A stretch of DNA of 64,000 bases from Naegleria gruberi (taxonomy: Eukaryota), in NCBI GenBank assembly GCA_000004985.1, contig GG738907.1; one strand, given 5' to 3'. Below are positions 10,843-22,447 of this stretch, piece after piece. The notes beneath the pieces were generated by a model that saw only the letters and a program-made list of their open reading frames with translations, was not told where the DNA came from and searched no databases. The position numbers and the translations under genes were made by a program. Numbering within the stretch: the stretch's first letter is position 1; every line of letters starts with the position of its first letter.

Positions 10843-12117
10843 CTGGTCAAGACTACATTAAATTCTAAATTTTCTAGCACTTCGATTCCAAATCTATCCC
10901 ATATTGCTGTGGATTCAATGTATATAACAAAGGGAGAACGAAGATTTATCAAAATTATTAAGAGTGGAAAAGCAGAAAACTCTATAACTTTCAGAGGATC
11001 AAGTACGAATGAAACAAAAATTATATCTAATGAAATAATTGTAAATACCAATTTTATACACGAGAATATGAAGGAAAATGTAAATTTAAAGAATCAAAAA
11101 TTAGCACTTGTACTATTTGAGCTTGATAAGCCAAAAGCTCACAAGTCAAGGTTGGATGACATCAACTCTATTGATAATTCCCAAATTGATAGACTTATCA
11201 AAGAGGAAGAATCATATATTAAGAAAATAGTTGTTCAACTGAAAAAGCTAGGAGTAGGCTTGATTTGTGTTCAAGAAAATCTCTCTGCAGGGTTTCATGC
11301 AGGCGTTTCGGATACAGCAAAATTTTGGCTCCAAAAATCAAAAATCAATTGTATGATACCCATCTCAAAAGATGAAATGAATTTAATTGCAGATGCATTT
11401 CAGTTACATGCCATATCATCTATTGATCAGCTCAGTAATTTGGTAGAAAGTGGAACCACAGAAGAAAAAGGTAAATTTGTTCAATCAATAGAATATGTGA
11501 AGCATCTTAGTATTGGAAGACAATCATTTATATCGTTTGGACAAACCGCAGAACAATACCAAAATTATCCATGTGCAACTATTGTACTGAGTGCTCCAAC
11601 TCAAGTGGCTGTAGATGAGGTAGAGAGAGCACTACATGATGCACTTAGAGTAGTGGAAGTTTGTTTCAAACATCCTTCACTTGTACCTGGAGGTGGTGCA
11701 TGTGAAATGTCACTCTCGGCCTACATTCATTGTAATTTTCTTAATAGTACCACAAATAGTAATAAGTGCTCTCCCTTAGAAAAACTGATAATGGCTAGTT
11801 TTTCTAATGCTATTGAGGAAGTACCTCACATACTCAGTCAAGGATGTCAAAATCATGTTCCATCAGCACTTTTGAATGAATTGAGACATATTTATACAGA
11901 GTCAATATATCACAACCAACCAAGCCCAAATGTTGGCATCTATCTAAGCAATCAACAAGAGGAAACCCTTCACCCCATCCAAGACATGAAAGAACGGAAA
12001 GTTTTCGAATTACTTCACAGCAAAATCTCACAAATGAAAATGGCTCTGCAAACAGTTCAACGAATCCTCAAGATTAGAAAAGTTTTCATTTCCACTCCTC
12101 CAACCACTAATAAATAA
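10843..12117 (+). CDS. CCT-like chaperonin, exon 5 (to stop)
   Basis: Contains the chaperonin VPGGGACE motif. Exon phases are consistent across four introns of 40-54 nt. Confidence 0.7.
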   Translation: MVKTTLNSKFSSTSIPNLSHIAVDSMYITKGERRFIKIIKSGKAENSITFRGSSTNETKIISNEIIVNTNFIHENMKENVNLKNQKLALVLFELDKPKAHKSRLDDINSIDNSQIDRLIKEEESYIKKIVVQLKKLGVGLICVQENLSAGFHAGVSDTAKFWLQKSKINCMIPISKDEMNLIADAFQLHAISSIDQLSNLVESGTTEEKGKFVQSIEYVKHLSIGRQSFISFGQTAEQYQNYPCATIVLSAPTQVAVDEVERALHDALRVVEVCFKHPSLVPGGGACEMSLSAYIHCNFLNSTTNSNKCSPLEKLIMASFSNAIEEVPHILSQGCQNHVPSALLNELRHIYTESIYHNQPSPNVGIYLSNQQEETLHPIQDMKERKVFELLHSKISQMKMALQTVQRILKIRKVFISTPPTTNK

Positions 12118-12281
12118 TAATCTTAATAATATTTTACATCATTGTACATTTAAATTCTCATACTTTTCTTGCAATTTAAACCAAGAAGAAATTGATTTTG
12201 CTATGAAGCAGCATTCAATCAAATTGTTTCAAAAAGAAAAATAAATTAAAAAATAATTGAAAAAAATATTCATCATCACAA

Positions 12282-12557
12282 ATGGGCCTCCGTCAACTTC
12301 TCAGCAAGATTCCAATCGTTAAATACTTTGTTCCATCGGATAATGTCATGGAAAAGTCATATGATTGGGTTAAATATTTTGGAAACTTTGGATTTTCTGC
12401 TCTTTCAACTTTGATGGTTATTTATATTCCATTGATGATTGCTAACGATCTTGAAAAGCAATCACTCCATAAGATAGTGAGTGCTTCTTATGGTGTTAAA
12501 TTGGAAAACAGAAATTCATACCCTCCATCCCAAAGTAGTAACGTTAATGTTCTCTAA
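12282..12557 (+). CDS. hypothetical small hydrophobic protein
   Basis: 91-aa ORF with no recognisable domain. It may be an exon of a larger gene. Confidence 0.25.
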   Translation: MGLRQLLSKIPIVKYFVPSDNVMEKSYDWVKYFGNFGFSALSTLMVIYIPLMIANDLEKQSLHKIVSASYGVKLENRNSYPPSQSSNVNVL

Positions 12558-12724
12558 AAAGCTTCCTTTTCCACAACATTACGAATTATATCGAATGATG
12601 ACTCACCTTTTAACTTTTTCCGAACAACATACCACCCCATTCTCACTTCCCGTTTCTTTTAATTAAAAACAAAAAATCCTTTAAATCCTTTTGTTATTAT
12701 TTATTATATTTATGTAATATTACA

Positions 12725-13290
12725 TTACTCAAATCGATGGTCATAAATTAAAGTTCTAATAGAGTGAGGAGGAATAACCATTTCTGCAGCATAATCAATG
12801 CCAATACTCATATCAATCAATTTGAAAATTTGGCTTGTTTGTTCTTGATTCATGACAATAACAACCATCTTATTTTCTGGTGTGATAAAGCTGGTAACAA
12901 GTAAGGTATCGAGGGTATTTTCATGAGCAATTCTTACAGAACCTTCAGTCAAATACTTTGAAAAGTGACCCATGTAGTAATACATTGGTTGCAAATAGAT
13001 GGATTGAGTCTTATTGTTGGCAACAATGGCAGCATCACACCAATTTTGCATATGAGTTGGTCCACCAATTGGATCGAGAATGCAATTCCAATCAGTCCAA
13101 CCTTGAGCATAATTTTCCAAATCATTAATAATGTCAAATCCATAACTTTCACCTCTTCCCCAATCTCCAAAAGCAACACGGGGTCCTTGAGTTGCCTCAG
13201 TGCCAAGCAGAATCTTTTCAGGAGCAATATCATGGGCCATTGTCAAGTGTTCATATTGTCCATTGACATACCAGTGGAATGCAGTTCCAG
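12725..13290 (-). CDS. GH30 glucosylceramidase, exon 3 (to stop)
   Basis: Encodes GTAFHWYV...GWTDWNCILDPIGGP (GBA: IAVHWYLD...GWTDWNLALNPEGGP). Acceptor is GAAACAG. Confidence 0.75.
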
Positions 13291-13364
13291 CTGTTTCAAT
13301 AATGAGAAAAATTGTAAAACAATTATTTATATTAAGAGAAATTGAATAGAACATAACTACATAC

Positions 13365-13567
13365 CAACATATTTAGATGCTTCCTTATCAGCATAAATAA
13401 TCTCAGCCCACAAATGAACATGATCTCTATTGTGGTCATATATTAAAATGTTAACTTCTGGATGGTCCTGCTTAATTCTTGGTCCAAGATGTCTCTTAAT
13501 AAAATCTCTTTGGAATTCCGCAGTATAAACACAACTGTTATCCATTGAGAATATATTCCAATAAAAA
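13365..13567 (-). CDS. GH30 glucosylceramidase, exon 2
   Basis: Encodes YTAEFQRDFIKRHLGP (GBA: FTPEHQRDFIARDLGP). Bounded by acceptor TTTGAAG and donor GTATGT; the phases fit. Confidence 0.7.
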
Positions 13568-13645
13568 CTTCAAATTGAAATCAAAACTTACGCTTCATAT
13601 GGGCTTTAAATTGACAATTAATAAGAAAATTATTGAAATACTTAC

Positions 13646-14505
13646 GCAGCAAATTCAGGTTCATTTTGAACAGTCAATCCCCAGAATGGAACACCTAAAT
13701 TCTTATAAGCAGTAATATATTTTGAATAGTATAAGGCCCATGAATCCAAAATTCTAGTTTCATTAATCAATCCAATTGGTGTTGAACTTCCATTCATGTC
13801 ATTATTAATTTTCATCCATGCAGGAGGACTCCAAGGAGAAAGGAATAATTTCAATGGTTTTCCATTAAAAGTTCTAGTATTATTTACCACTCTAGAAACC
13901 AATGGATATTTGAATAATTTATCTCTATTAATATTGAAATATTTCAAATCATAATCTCCATTCACATCATCACAACTATAAGTTCCCAATGAAAAATCAC
14001 ATGAATTCATAGGAATTCTTCCAACAGTATAATTTAATCCCTTTGGTGACCAATACAAATCAAGTATTTGTCTCTTTACATCTTCATTCATTGTTGAAAA
14101 GACAAATGATGAAGCCTCAGTCATGGCACAACCAAATCCAATAATCTTTTGCTTTTTATCTTTAGGATTCAACAAGACAAGATTATCATTCATATTGGGA
14201 ATAGTCTTTTTAAAGGAAATTGAATCAATTGGTGTCAAACGATCATTGGTATTTTGTGCAGTTTGAATCACTTGAATAATTGGAAGGCTTTCTTGTTGTT
14301 TTTTAAAGATGGGAGAGGAAGCATGAATCAATGCTCCTCCTCCGTTCTTCTCCATCAGAGGAAATATATTGCTGGTGATTATCATGATGACCATCAGCAG
14401 CGTCATCATCATGTATCTATTTGAATGAATGCCTCTTTGGAGTGACAACATTTTTTTCTGTTGTTTTATTTCATGAATTGGTGCTAATAATAATCGGGTT
14501 ATCAT
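13646..14505 (-). CDS. glucosylceramidase-like glycoside hydrolase family 30, exon 1
   Basis: Contains GFGCAMTEASS (GBA: GFGGAMTDAA) and VQNEPEF (GBA: AENEPSAG). A GTAAGT donor follows. The true start may be the internal AAAAAAATG at ~14452. Confidence 0.75.
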
Positions 14506-14737
14506 TGGTAACTCCTAAATGTTAAATAAGGAAATATTATGGAATACATTTTACAATGAAACCATTCTTCTTGTTTATTAAGGAGAAAATGAAGGAGCTA
14601 TTAATGAGCCTACTTGATATGAAGCAGTACTTGTCATTGAATAGTGATGCCTTATATTTCATCCATTTTCAAAGAATTTCAATAAAACACGGTTTTTGTA
14701 AACCTTCCGTAGTACTTATTTTGCTTCCAAACATGAA

Positions 14738-16441
14738 TTATCTTAAATGTTTTTGTCTCATTTCAACAAGTTCATCAAGTAAAACGTTGAATGACCACAT
14801 GAATGAAGGAATTTCAATTCTCAAATAATCACCAGAATTATTAACCTCTAGTGCTCGAAAATCCTGATTAGTCCACAAGTGATATGCATTTCCTTTCCAT
14901 CTTGTTATTTGTTCGAAACATCTCCAACTCTCTAACCTTGGAGAGTTCCATATTTCCAACAAAGCTGATGTTCCTTCAGGTAAAAAGAAAGTATGTGTCA
15001 AACCAGCTCCATGAAATCCTATCAGAAAATCTGAATTATGAACCAATTCTATTTGCTCTTTCAAACTGTAGTGTACAAAATCAACCTTTTTCACTTCAAA
15101 TTCTTTAGAACGAGAATGTTTTTTAATGGCATTGACCACATCATCTTCATTTGTGATTTGTCTGGCCATGTATTGATGATCCACTCCATCCTTCTGGTAT
15201 GGTTTTCTACTGATAAACAATATTTTGATCAAATCACCTTGTTGTGCTCTTCTCTTCTTGATATTCAATCCAGATAGAATCATATCTGCAAAAGAACGAA
15301 TCAGTTCAACTTGAGAATGACATGTATGCTGATTAATGGCAAAATCTTTGAGACTTGAAAACAATGGTGTGGCGTAACCACTTGATGCAAACAATGCATT
15401 CTCAAATCTAACTGGTCTTCCTTTGAAATGAGAAGCTTTGACCACTGGCCTAGAAACTGAGAGAGTGTGATTCCACAAAAAATCCACAAAACCCTCATAA
15501 TGTTCATCCATCAGAACAACCTGGAGTTTTTGGTTCTTGGTTTGGAACATCTCCAAGATCAAGTAACCTGCATAAAAGTCAGAAATGGCGTGGAACAAGT
15601 TGACATGTTCGTCTTGTTCCCTAAAAATGAAAAGTGTAGTTCCTGTAACTATTTCCACATCATTATGTGAGATTCTCAGTTTTTCGTTTGGTGATAAATC
15701 ATCTACAGATCGAAAACTTGAGAAAATGTCCTTACCGAAATCCTTTGAAAAGTAATCTAAATTAAACCTTGAATCGTGAAATTTACAATTGCCAATTAAT
15801 GCCCCTCTATTATAATTGTAATATGTTGGCTTTTTACAAAAGTAATTAGGTCTATATCGAAGACACTCAGCATGTACAAGTTTTGAAAAGTCTATAATCA
15901 AATTCTGAGATTTACAAACTGTATGTGGTTTGGTTCCACCTGGCAAGTGTTTGTTATTGAAATTGTAACAAACCAAGTTGGATTTATAATCCCCTTTTCC
16001 ACTCGAACGCCAAATATTCTTAAACAGTTGGAATTTCGATTTTGGTGGTTCTGTAATGGTTTCTTCCTCTCCACAAAATATGAGTGGTTTCTCTTTCCAT
16101 TTCCTTAATAATCCACAATCATATTCATCGTAACAAACTCTATCTTGACTCCTCTCAAACAGTGAGCTATTCTTCATATTCTGTTCTGAACAGATCAGTT
16201 GTGGAAGTTTCCTCCACATGGTTTGCTGCTGATTGGTTTGTGAGAGAGGAATACTACTTCTCAGAGAGACTAAAGAAGGCATCCTTAGCGAGCTAACATC
16301 CACTCTAAATCTATGACTACTATGTACAATCAGGATAAGAATCATCAACACAGAACAAATGGCAAGATAGATTTGAAATATTTTCACGAGATTCATGTGT
16401 TGTTTGCTGCTTGAGTTTATCTTCATTTTTTCATGTAACAC
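14738..16441 (-). CDS. GT61/DUF563 glycosyltransferase (EOGT-like), type II membrane protein
   Basis: 567-aa ORF with an N-terminal signal anchor and the FHGAGLTHTFFLPEGTSALLEIWN motif typical of GT61/EOGT (HGAGLTN...E). Confidence 0.75.
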   Translation of the reverse strand: MLHEKMKINSSSKQHMNLVKIFQIYLAICSVLMILILIVHSSHRFRVDVSSLRMPSLVSLRSSIPLSQTNQQQTMWRKLPQLICSEQNMKNSSLFERSQDRVCYDEYDCGLLRKWKEKPLIFCGEEETITEPPKSKFQLFKNIWRSSGKGDYKSNLVCYNFNNKHLPGGTKPHTVCKSQNLIIDFSKLVHAECLRYRPNYFCKKPTYYNYNRGALIGNCKFHDSRFNLDYFSKDFGKDIFSSFRSVDDLSPNEKLRISHNDVEIVTGTTLFIFREQDEHVNLFHAISDFYAGYLILEMFQTKNQKLQVVLMDEHYEGFVDFLWNHTLSVSRPVVKASHFKGRPVRFENALFASSGYATPLFSSLKDFAINQHTCHSQVELIRSFADMILSGLNIKKRRAQQGDLIKILFISRKPYQKDGVDHQYMARQITNEDDVVNAIKKHSRSKEFEVKKVDFVHYSLKEQIELVHNSDFLIGFHGAGLTHTFFLPEGTSALLEIWNSPRLESWRCFEQITRWKGNAYHLWTNQDFRALEVNNSGDYLRIEIPSFMWSFNVLLDELVEMRQKHLR

Positions 16442-17089
16442 AGTACGTTTAAAACATCACCACACCATATGGGATTGTTTATGAGGTCGTTTGGTGTTGT
16501 GGCGTCGGTGAGTTTCCCTAAATGATCATGTGTTTTTGTGTGCCCTTAATATTCGTGCTCTCAATCTTTTTTATATTTGCTTTAATTGGTGAACCGTATT
16601 GAATGGCAGGAGATTTGGCAACACAAAACAATCCCATTCGATTTTAAGAAGCTCCTTTTTCATTCAATGTATTGGAACCTACATTTTTAATGAGTGGCAA
16701 TGAATGTTAACTTGTATCTGTGATATTATACAAATGTTTGATTCAGGCATGAGGGAATGTTCTTAATACATTATTTTCTAATGCTAACCATCCTCTATTT
16801 CCAATGATTAGAGAGATAATCTTGTTCACTGTTCTCTTCTTTGAATTTCCTTAGTAAAAAATTGTCTACTGACAACATGACGATGATGATCTGTTTTTGT
16901 AGCGTCATTTTACAAGAAGGTAATTTGTCCACCTCTGCCTCATGTAAAGCAATTCCTCTTTCATGTCTAGTACGATTGACCGTTGCACAATCCTTTAAAT
17001 CCATAATGCCGAAAAGAAGGTTCTAACATTGTTCTGATGTTGCGAACTGTCCAAACAACCAAGAATGAAACAAAGTAATAGAAAAAAAT

Positions 17090-17657
17090 ATGCAAAGACT
17101 ACTGATTCATAGTACTTCACCTCTACCTGATGACGAGGAGTCTCAGGTGATGATGAATTCACCATCGTCAAAGATTCTATCAAATAATCTTTGTCATTCT
17201 GCAGCTCAATCACTAACTAATAATACCTCACCTATATTACTGACAGACAAACTTAAACCAACAATATCCAATGGACAGAAACAAGCCATAGAATGCTCAA
17301 CCAAGCTGCTGTTCATTCTCTCTTTAGTAAGCCTTTTAGCAATGCTCTGTTTAACCATCCTGAGTACATCATCTTCATCATCAACCTCAGTGGCCAGCAC
17401 TAAATTATCTGTAAATGTAATGCACAGTGGTGAATTTATCAGTGTGGATGAATCATTTGTTGTGAAGGCAAGAGTCTTTCCAGTCACTTATCTGGATGTA
17501 GATTTTTCCAATCCAGAAAATCTAAAACTGAATAGGGTGAGAGGTATTTGCAAAATTTATCTATCTACCTACTTTATGTTTAATTATAATGAAAGAAGAT
17601 CATCCTATAATCCTCCTACTGTTATTGGTGCCGATGGTTTGGGAGAGACTCCATACA
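17090..17657 (+). CDS. type II membrane protein, putative glycosyltransferase-like, exon 1
   Basis: Signal-anchor segment (LLFILSLVSLLAMLCLTIL) and a GTAAGT donor at 17658. Confidence 0.6.
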
Positions 17658-17707
17658 GTAAGTAATAATCTCATTATACTTTTCATCACATGTTAATAAT
17701 TTGATAG

Positions 17708-17979
17708 CACATTGGAAGAAAATAGAGAGAACACTTCAATTCCTAACAGGAGAGGAATCAAATTATATAAGTGATAACGATATCGTTGTGTTTAGTGATT
17801 CAACGGATGTGTTTTTCATTAATAATATTGAGGAAATAAGAAATGTCTATGAAAATTACTATGTGAAGGAATTAGCTAAAATTGATTTGGAAGCAGATGC
17901 AGAGAAGGATTGGCCATTAGTATTCATTGCCGAGAAGAATAAGTGGCCTCCAAATGAGTATATTCAAAACATGTTCGAG
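17708..17979 (+). CDS. putative glycosyltransferase-like protein, exon 2
   Basis: Bounded by acceptor TTGATAG and donor GTAAGT. Contains the VVFSDSTDVFFI DxD-like motif. Confidence 0.55.
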
Positions 17980-18035
17980 GTAAGTGCAATGCATTCAAAT
18001 CACATCTTAACATTCCTTAATAATTATTCATTTAG

Positions 18036-18641
18036 AAAACACAAGAGGAAACGGAAATGGTGAAAAAACACTATTACAACAAGGATGGATATCATGTTTA
18101 TAATAATTGTGATAGATCCAATCAGAGAATTTATCTGAATAGTGGTCTCTATGTAGGAAGAAAACGTGACATTAGAAAGGCCCTCACCATTGGAATTAAT
18201 ATCAAGAGAGCAGAGCCAAAGGAAAGATTGGGAGATCAAGCCGTCTATCAGTACATTTACACAACCAAAAAGTATCCAATTCTTATGGATTGCGAGTACA
18301 AAATGTTCTTCAGTCCATTCTCTGTTTGCCATACTGTTGTTAGTAATCCTGCAAGCAAGTGGTCATGTTCAATTAATGAAAATAATAAGCCAACACCAAA
18401 TACTGTTGTAGCTCTGCACTCTAATGGAGGATTTTGTCCCTCATTGTGTAATTGTTTCAGCTCGATGAAACAAAAGGGTTCCTTCAAGAAGATGCTCACT
18501 CAATACAAGGACACTATGAGTTTCAAATCCTATGATATCAACACAAAGAAGGTGACTGATGTGTTGATGGACTATGCTTGTGGACGCTTTGTTGAAGAGA
18601 ATTTCCCACAAAAATCCTGCAATGTTCAACCTGGCAAGTAA
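18036..18641 (+). CDS. putative glycosyltransferase-like protein, exon 3 (to stop)
   Basis: Acceptor TTTAG is followed by a continuous 202-codon frame, and phases are consistent with exons 1-2. Confidence 0.55.
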   Translation, partial: KTQEETEMVKKHYYNKDGYHVYNNCDRSNQRIYLNSGLYVGRKRDIRKALTIGINIKRAEPKERLGDQAVYQYIYTTKKYPILMDCEYKMFFSPFSVCHTVVSNPASKWSCSINENNKPTPNTVVALHSNGGFCPSLCNCFSSMKQKGSFKKMLTQYKDTMSFKSYDINTKKVTDVLMDYACGRFVEENFPQKSCNVQPGK

Positions 18642-18903
18642 TGAGCTCAGTAAATGGTAAATAATTCTCCTTTTGGATGCGTTGAATCCAAACCATGTTC
18701 TAATATAGAATTAAACATATTAGCACCTTCAACAGTATTATACCAACCAAATTATAATTTATTGAGATGCAAAATAAATAGTTTTAGTCATCAAGTATCG
18801 ATCCTAAAGATACAGTAATGTTACAGCGTATGGTTGTCCTCAAAACCGAGGGTGAAAGACTAATCAAGTTATCTCCAAAAAATCAACAAGCACATCCCAT
18901 AGA

Positions 18904-19293
18904 TTACTCCTTTCCTCGTAGGTCCTCATCCATAATGTCCTCATCTTCATTGATTTCATCCTCTCTGTCCTCTCTTATTTTCCTCATTCTTTCCAATGAT
19001 TGATTGTATTCGTATTGTGTTTTTGCGTGAATAGTGAGGGCATGTAAACCATCCCGAAATTCATCAGAAATAGCCTTATGAATCATTCGATGTCTCTTAA
19101 CCATTGTTTGTCCTTCAAAATTATCGGACACAATAGTGATCCGAAGATGTGACTCTCCACCAGCTTGTTTGAAAATATCATTGTGTGCTCCATCATTTTC
19201 ATAGGGTTTGGAAATGTTTTTAATTGATAATTTAATAGGAGAGAATTGATTGGTGAGTGTTTTAATAATCCGAGAGGAACGTGTGGCTGACAT
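18904..19293 (-). CDS. BolA-family protein
   Basis: 129-aa ORF with BolA blocks (ESHLRITIVSDNFEGQTMVKRHRMIHKAISDEFRDGLHALTIHAKT). Confidence 0.8.
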   Translation of the reverse strand: MSATRSSRIIKTLTNQFSPIKLSIKNISKPYENDGAHNDIFKQAGGESHLRITIVSDNFEGQTMVKRHRMIHKAISDEFRDGLHALTIHAKTQYEYNQSLERMRKIREDREDEINEDEDIMDEDLRGKE

Positions 19294-19403
19294 TTTTTAT
19301 AATTCATTTGTTATAAAAACTTCCATTTTGAAAACACTTGCCATAATATTCATATATATATATGAATGCAATTGTTATACTCAATGTTGAGTGAGCAAGA
19401 AAT

Positions 19404-19750
19404 TTATTCATCATCCTCTTCGTCTTGGTTTTCATTGTCTTCATCTTCATAATCTTTGATTGGATATTTGCTTTCCAATAAATTATTCTCATCTCTCTCA
19501 CCAAGATATACATGAATTTTAATGTACTTATTCAAATAGGTCAATGAATGTTCTGGATATCCACAAATACTGTTCGAAAGTCTTTGAATCCACATTATTA
19601 AATCCAAATCAACAAAAACTCCATTATTATTTGGTAAATGTTCAGAAACGAAGAAGCATCCTTCTGAACTATAGGCTAATGCCTTTTCATCATTTTCTAA
19701 ATGAACACTTCCATATGAATTACTACAGGGAACTTCAACAATTTTGTAAA
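19404..19750 (-). CDS. F-box-like protein, exon 2 (acidic C-terminus)
   Basis: Acceptor GAAATAG with correct phase. The exon ends with a D/E-rich tail and a stop. Confidence 0.5.
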
Positions 19751-19796
19751 CTATTTCACATATAATTACAATAAAAATATTTCAAAAATTACAAAC

Positions 19797-20379
19797 CTTG
19801 ATTTGTCAACTCATTCTTAACTCTTGTCAAGAGTAAACTTCCATATCCTGCACATTCTTCCTTAAAAAAGTAAGCATACTTATTTTCACATTCAGTTGAA
19901 TCATCTGAACCACCATCAAACCAACTACTTGCCAATTGTTTCATTTCCAAAGTTGGTTCAAAGTTTTCATCGCCATCTTTATAGGAACATTCGTCTACTT
20001 CACCAACGAATAGTTTAGAATACTTTTTGTAGATATTTTCATGTGAAAGAATGGTCAACTTGGAGAAACTTTTCTTTAGGGCAAAGTGTGCCTTGTGAAT
20101 GGATGAAAATTTACTTTTCACACTTTCGAATACTTGACCACCAACCACAGGATCTTGTTCATTAATCAGCCTATCGTAATAAACTTGTTGAAATTGTTTC
20201 TTCCATTGTGAATCATCATTTAACACATATGCAAAATCTTGGTTGACCAAAATGGCACTCAAAATATCTGGAACAGTAAGAAACTGGGCAATACAATCCA
20301 CTACTGTACTGGACCATGGAGAAGTGCAATTTGTGCGCTTATTGGGTGTTGTGGATTCTTCCAGAGATCGTTTAGACAT
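19797..20379 (-). CDS. F-box-like protein, exon 1
   Basis: F-box-like N-terminus (VDCIAQFLTVPDILSAILVNQDFAYVLNDDSQW). Donor GTTTGT at 19796. Confidence 0.55.
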
Positions 20380-20697
20380 TTTTTTTGGTTGTGACTTGAT
20401 TTCCGGCGGGAATAGGAAAGATTACAAGATTTGCACCAAGATATCTTTGTCACTTTGTAAACTACAAATGTTCTTTATATTCTAAACATTTGTCTGCTCA
20501 TCATAAATTAACATTAAATGGTCAATTGAAACTGTTGTGGTATCTACAGGTATCTATCCGTGATTTGAAATAATATTCTTAAAGTTGGTTTAACCACAAT
20601 AATCAAAACAATGAATTTCCAAGTAAAAGATAAAGGTCAGAGAGTGAAAAGTAAGTTAAATATGTAATATTCAAAATAATTAAAAAATTAATAAAAA

Positions 20698-20735
20698 ATG
20701 CCAAAAAGTGCCGAACAACAAATTGAAGAACAAAG
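20698..20735 (+). CDS. small coiled-coil protein, exon 1
   Basis: AAAAAATG start encoding MPKSAEQQIEEQR, followed by a GTAAGA donor. Confidence 0.45.
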
Positions 20736-20815
20736 GTAAGAAGAAATTTCTTGATGATGGATTTATTTATAAACATAATGAACGCGTGATGTTGGATTTA
20801 ATATCGGAACAATAG

Positions 20816-21134
20816 TCAAATTCAAGAAATTATTCAAAATATTCTTATTGACCAAGAACAAATTAATCAACTCAGAACAAAACAAAAGCAAGCTACTCTT
20901 GCTGAATCGAGCATAGATAAATTAAAGGATGATGAAAAAGTGTGGTCTTGCGGAATTGGAGGATTTTTCATTCAAGTTGACGCAAAGGAAATGAGAGAAA
21001 TGATTAGAGAGGAGAAGAAAGTTTGCAAATCGGAACAAAGTCAAATTTCAAATCAAATTGAAGAAAGTCAAAAATTATTGACGAGTATTGATCCTACTGA
21101 TGTTTATAAATTGCAACAATTATACTTGAAATAA
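20816..21134 (+). CDS. small coiled-coil protein, exon 2
   Basis: Acceptor AACAATAG, then a coiled-coil-like sequence running to the stop. Confidence 0.45.
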
Positions 21135-21365
21135 TCATCATCATCCAATGGAAAATAATTATTTGGTAACCTATCAAACAACACAATCGAAAAAAGCATT
21201 CCAAGAAATAGATGAACAAGAATGAAGTGACTTGTATAACTCTCGAAATAAACTATTCAATGCAATCTGTTTATTTGTAACGAGCCTATTTTTGATTATT
21301 TGTTGATTAATGCAATATTAGAGTAAATATTAAAATTGCATTAATTTACAAATAACTTTAAAAAA

Positions 21366-22274
21366 ATGAAGAGAAGTCACGAAGGCGAAATTCCACCACT
21401 CGATGTTTCTGCTACAACATCTGATGCAACACCAAAAACCAATGATATGACTGATGAATCACCACGATCGACAACATCCGAAGGAGGTTACAGAGAAAAT
21501 TACAATAATAGAGGAGGTGGAGGTTACAGAGGAAGAGGAAGAGGTGGAGGAGGTTATCGATCAAATCAACCTAAAAAGCCTAGACAATACAAACATGCTG
21601 TAGAAAAATTATTTGATGATTATTCAAATTCATTGGATGACTCTAATAATAGAAAGGAAAGAATTTATAAAGCTACCAGAGATGTGACAATTGAAGCAAA
21701 ACAAATAATATTTAATCTTCATAGATATGATCCAAAGCAGGGAAATAAGGAGGAAATTTTGAAGGAAGCCAAAGAAAAAATTGATTCCATTGTAAATGAA
21801 CATTTATCGATTGTAAAAAAGGAAATTGATGAAAAATTTAGTGAATACTTTTGGAAATATGCTAGATCTTATTCATTTGGATTGCAAGAATTGATTGAAG
21901 CCATTTCTTTCTATTACTATATCAAGGATGGAAGTTTAGTAACTTGTGAAAATATTGAAAAGGATACAAATTTCCCAGTTAGTAGATTGGATTATTTGCT
22001 TGGTATTTCTGATTTAACAGGTGAATTAATGAGATTTGCCACTAATCATTTTACAGTGGAAACTATTCCTCCATCAGTTAAGGATTTTATGAGTGAGCTA
22101 TTCTCCCATTTCCAAAACCTACTTGTTACCTGCAAGGGTCTTTCACCTTATGAAGAAAAAGATCTCAAAAACAAGATTGAAATTATGGAAACCTCATTGT
22201 CCAAAGTTGAAAAACTCTGTTACAATATCACTCTCCAAAAGAATGACAAATATGTGAATTATAAATTAATTTAA
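21366..22274 (+). CDS. translin-associated factor X (TRAX)/translin-family protein
   Basis: 302-aa ORF with translin-family blocks (RLDYLLGISDLTGELMRFATNHF) and an N-terminal RGG-rich region. Confidence 0.8.
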   Translation: MKRSHEGEIPPLDVSATTSDATPKTNDMTDESPRSTTSEGGYRENYNNRGGGGYRGRGRGGGGYRSNQPKKPRQYKHAVEKLFDDYSNSLDDSNNRKERIYKATRDVTIEAKQIIFNLHRYDPKQGNKEEILKEAKEKIDSIVNEHLSIVKKEIDEKFSEYFWKYARSYSFGLQELIEAISFYYYIKDGSLVTCENIEKDTNFPVSRLDYLLGISDLTGELMRFATNHFTVETIPPSVKDFMSELFSHFQNLLVTCKGLSPYEEKDLKNKIEIMETSLSKVEKLCYNITLQKNDKYVNYKLI

Positions 22275-22447
22275 TTTTAATATTAATATTCAACTATCAC
22301 TTATCATTACAAAATTGAGAAGATCCAAAGAAAAAACTCAATCATGAAATGCTTCATTTGCCATGATGATCAAGACCCCATTAAACAGTGTTCAATCCCA
22401 TCATTACATTGAATGTTTAATTTAAATATTGAATTGTCGATAAAAAA

